Shown here: piece after piece, positions 62,301-64,000 of the stretch | Numbering within the stretch: the stretch's first letter is position 1 | Layout of the letters: each line of letters opens with the position of its first letter | DNA from: Octopus sinensis | Taxonomy: Eukaryota | Reading direction: 5' to 3' | Assembly: GCF_006345805.1 (NCBI RefSeq) | Contig: NC_042999.1 | Coordinates: 43,710,001 to 43,774,000, forward strand | DNA: 64,000 nt | The notes under the pieces: generated by a model | What the model saw: the letters and a program-made list of their open reading frames with translations, nothing else | Databases searched by the model: none | What the model was told of the DNA's origin: nothing | Made by a program: the position numbers and the translations under genes

Positions 62301-62715
62301 GGATCTTTTTGGTTTGAACGGCAGTTTTTAACATAATTTCTCGGTAACTAAAAAATTTTAAACTTCGTATACTGGTAGAATGTGTTTATAAAGCATCTTT
62401 TTCTCTTGGCTTTATTGAGAAAATTCTATAGTTTGTAAGATATTTGTTGTTGTTTTTTTCTGCAATTTCAACCAATCAAATACGTCTATTGAGGTAAAAA
62501 AAAAAACATTCTGTGCCGTATGAATATGTCCCTCGTTTAAGAAACAGATTGGGTTTATTTACATTTGCGAAGAAAACAAGATACCCTTCTCCCCACCCCT
62601 AACACTAACCCTAAAAAAGATTGAAATGCAATAGATCGATACTAGGGTCATGATTATGGGTGACAATTTCATATGACACCGCTAGAAAAAACTGCCGTTC
62701 AAACCGAAAAGATCC
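62301..62715. mobile_element. Non-autonomous DNA transposon with 29-bp TIRs
   Basis: ggatctttttggtttgaacggcagttttt / aaaaactgccgttcaaaccgaaaagatcc (1 mismatch). Confidence 0.85.
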
Positions 62716-63374
62716 GGGCTCCTCTCCATTTCGTTTTTATTCCATCGTAGAGTCGGATTTTTAATCCATGCTTTATGGATAATTTGCAGAAATCCCTGGC
62801 TTGGCAGTGCTATCGTGGAGATAAACACTATAGTTATGATATGGTTGTTTTTATCCTGGCTGTTGTTGGATTTCTGTGTTTACTGGTTTTTCTCTTCTGT
62901 GAGTGTTCTTCGTTGTTGCATTGGAATGTTTTCTTTTTACTCATGTTATTGAAAGTGTGTTTGTTTTGTAGATTTAGCGTTGTTTGGGATCGATACGGAG
63001 TTGGGGGCTGTTTTGTGTTTTGTTCCTTTTCTTTTTCCTTTCTATTTTTTTTTTTTTTCAGTTACTTTTTTTTCTTTTTGCTTTTCTTGCCCTCTCACCT
63101 TTTCATCACCAAAGTTATGGTCGGAAAACTCCGACTCGGATGGCGGTGAGGGCCAATTTTTCTTGCGTGCGTATGATTGTTGTGTTTATGCATGTAGGCG
63201 CACGGGCAGAAGGGGCAGAGAATGCCAGTACTGAATTCGGATATCCCCTGCATATCACTTGTTTTGTTATATTCATTATTTTTAACCTCCTTAGTTGTTA
63301 GTGCCAACGAATTTGATGTTGGTGTTGATTCTTCTTCTTCTTCTTCTTCTTCTTCTTCTTCTTCTTCTTCTTCC

Positions 63375-63848
63375 AATCAGGACTCACGCCATTAGCCACA
63401 AAGAATAATCTCTAATTCGAGCCTACACTAAGCTACTAAGAATGCGTGTGGCAACTTGAAGATCCACCCACCACACGCGATAGGCTGGCTGGCGCGAAAG
63501 CTACGTTGTTATCCTCATTCCGTAAACGGTGGATTTTTTAAAAGGGTGAAGAGATGAATCATCTGGGGTACAGAGGTTTCGCAATCTAGACTAGGGTCTG
63601 AAAGTTTACCACACCATAGTGGGTTACACCATGGTTCCTCTGCTTTGTGGTAGAAGTAGGAAGAAAGAATGAGAGGAAGTTGTGGTGAAAGAGTACAGCG
63701 GGGTTCACCTACTCCCCCCCACCGGAGCCTCGTGGAGCTTAGGTGTTTTTGCCCAATAAACACTCACAATGCCCAGTCTGGGAATCGAAACCGCGAGTCT
63801 TATGACCGCGAGTCCGCTGCCTTAACCACTGGGCCATTGCGCCTCCAC
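63375..63848 (-). mobile_element. SINE-C, long tail type iii ending in (GAA)n
   Basis: Homologous to 41105-41582; carries the second pseudoknot copy at 63571-63651. Confidence 0.9.
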
Positions 63849-64000
63849 TGGTGTTGCTGCTGTTACAGGTTCCACAGTTTCTGCTGTAATTGTAGGTGAT
63901 ATCTTCGTTGCTGTTGTTGATGTTGGTACAGATGTTGGGTGCTATTGTTGCTCACGTATTCCTTGTTACTACTGTTGCTACTGCTGTTGTTGTTACACAC

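Noticed and set aside
62775-63376. Overlapping ORFs near the window end
   Set aside because: Start in a fragment of about 45 bp of Tx1 zf-RVT sequence and continue through T-rich low-complexity DNA and (TTC)n.

Overview
AT-rich, repeat-saturated eukaryotic DNA. The SINE, LINE and microsatellite content resembles octopus (coleoid cephalopod) intergenic or intronic sequence; this is an inference from recognising the repeats, not a database result. I find no intact host protein-coding gene, rRNA, genuine tRNA gene or CRISPR array, and almost every ORF in the supplied track is a microsatellite or SINE artefact. The window holds a decayed Helitron Rep/Helicase (540-3190, minus), L1/Tx1-type LINE pieces, restriction-like-endonuclease (R4/Dong-like) LINE 3' ends, two mariner remnants, several MITEs, two DINE/HINE-like elements and about 50 copies or fragments of at least six tRNA-headed SINE families (my labels SINE-A to SINE-F). 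The most interesting signals are RNA structures hidden in the repeats: (1) an 81-nt pseudoknot with HDV-ribozyme-like topology and a compensatory change, in two copies of one SINE subfamily (41307-41387, 63571-63651, minus); (2) Penelope-type minimal hammerhead motifs (44896-44943, both ends of a 400-bp palindrome at 35421-35820, and a dead copy at 4794-4836); (3) SINE-B multimers with the same junction at four loci and a tail matching the local Tx1-like LINE; (4) a near-perfect 412-bp foldback at 5909-6320. Boundaries of decayed repeats are approximate (about 10-30 bp).
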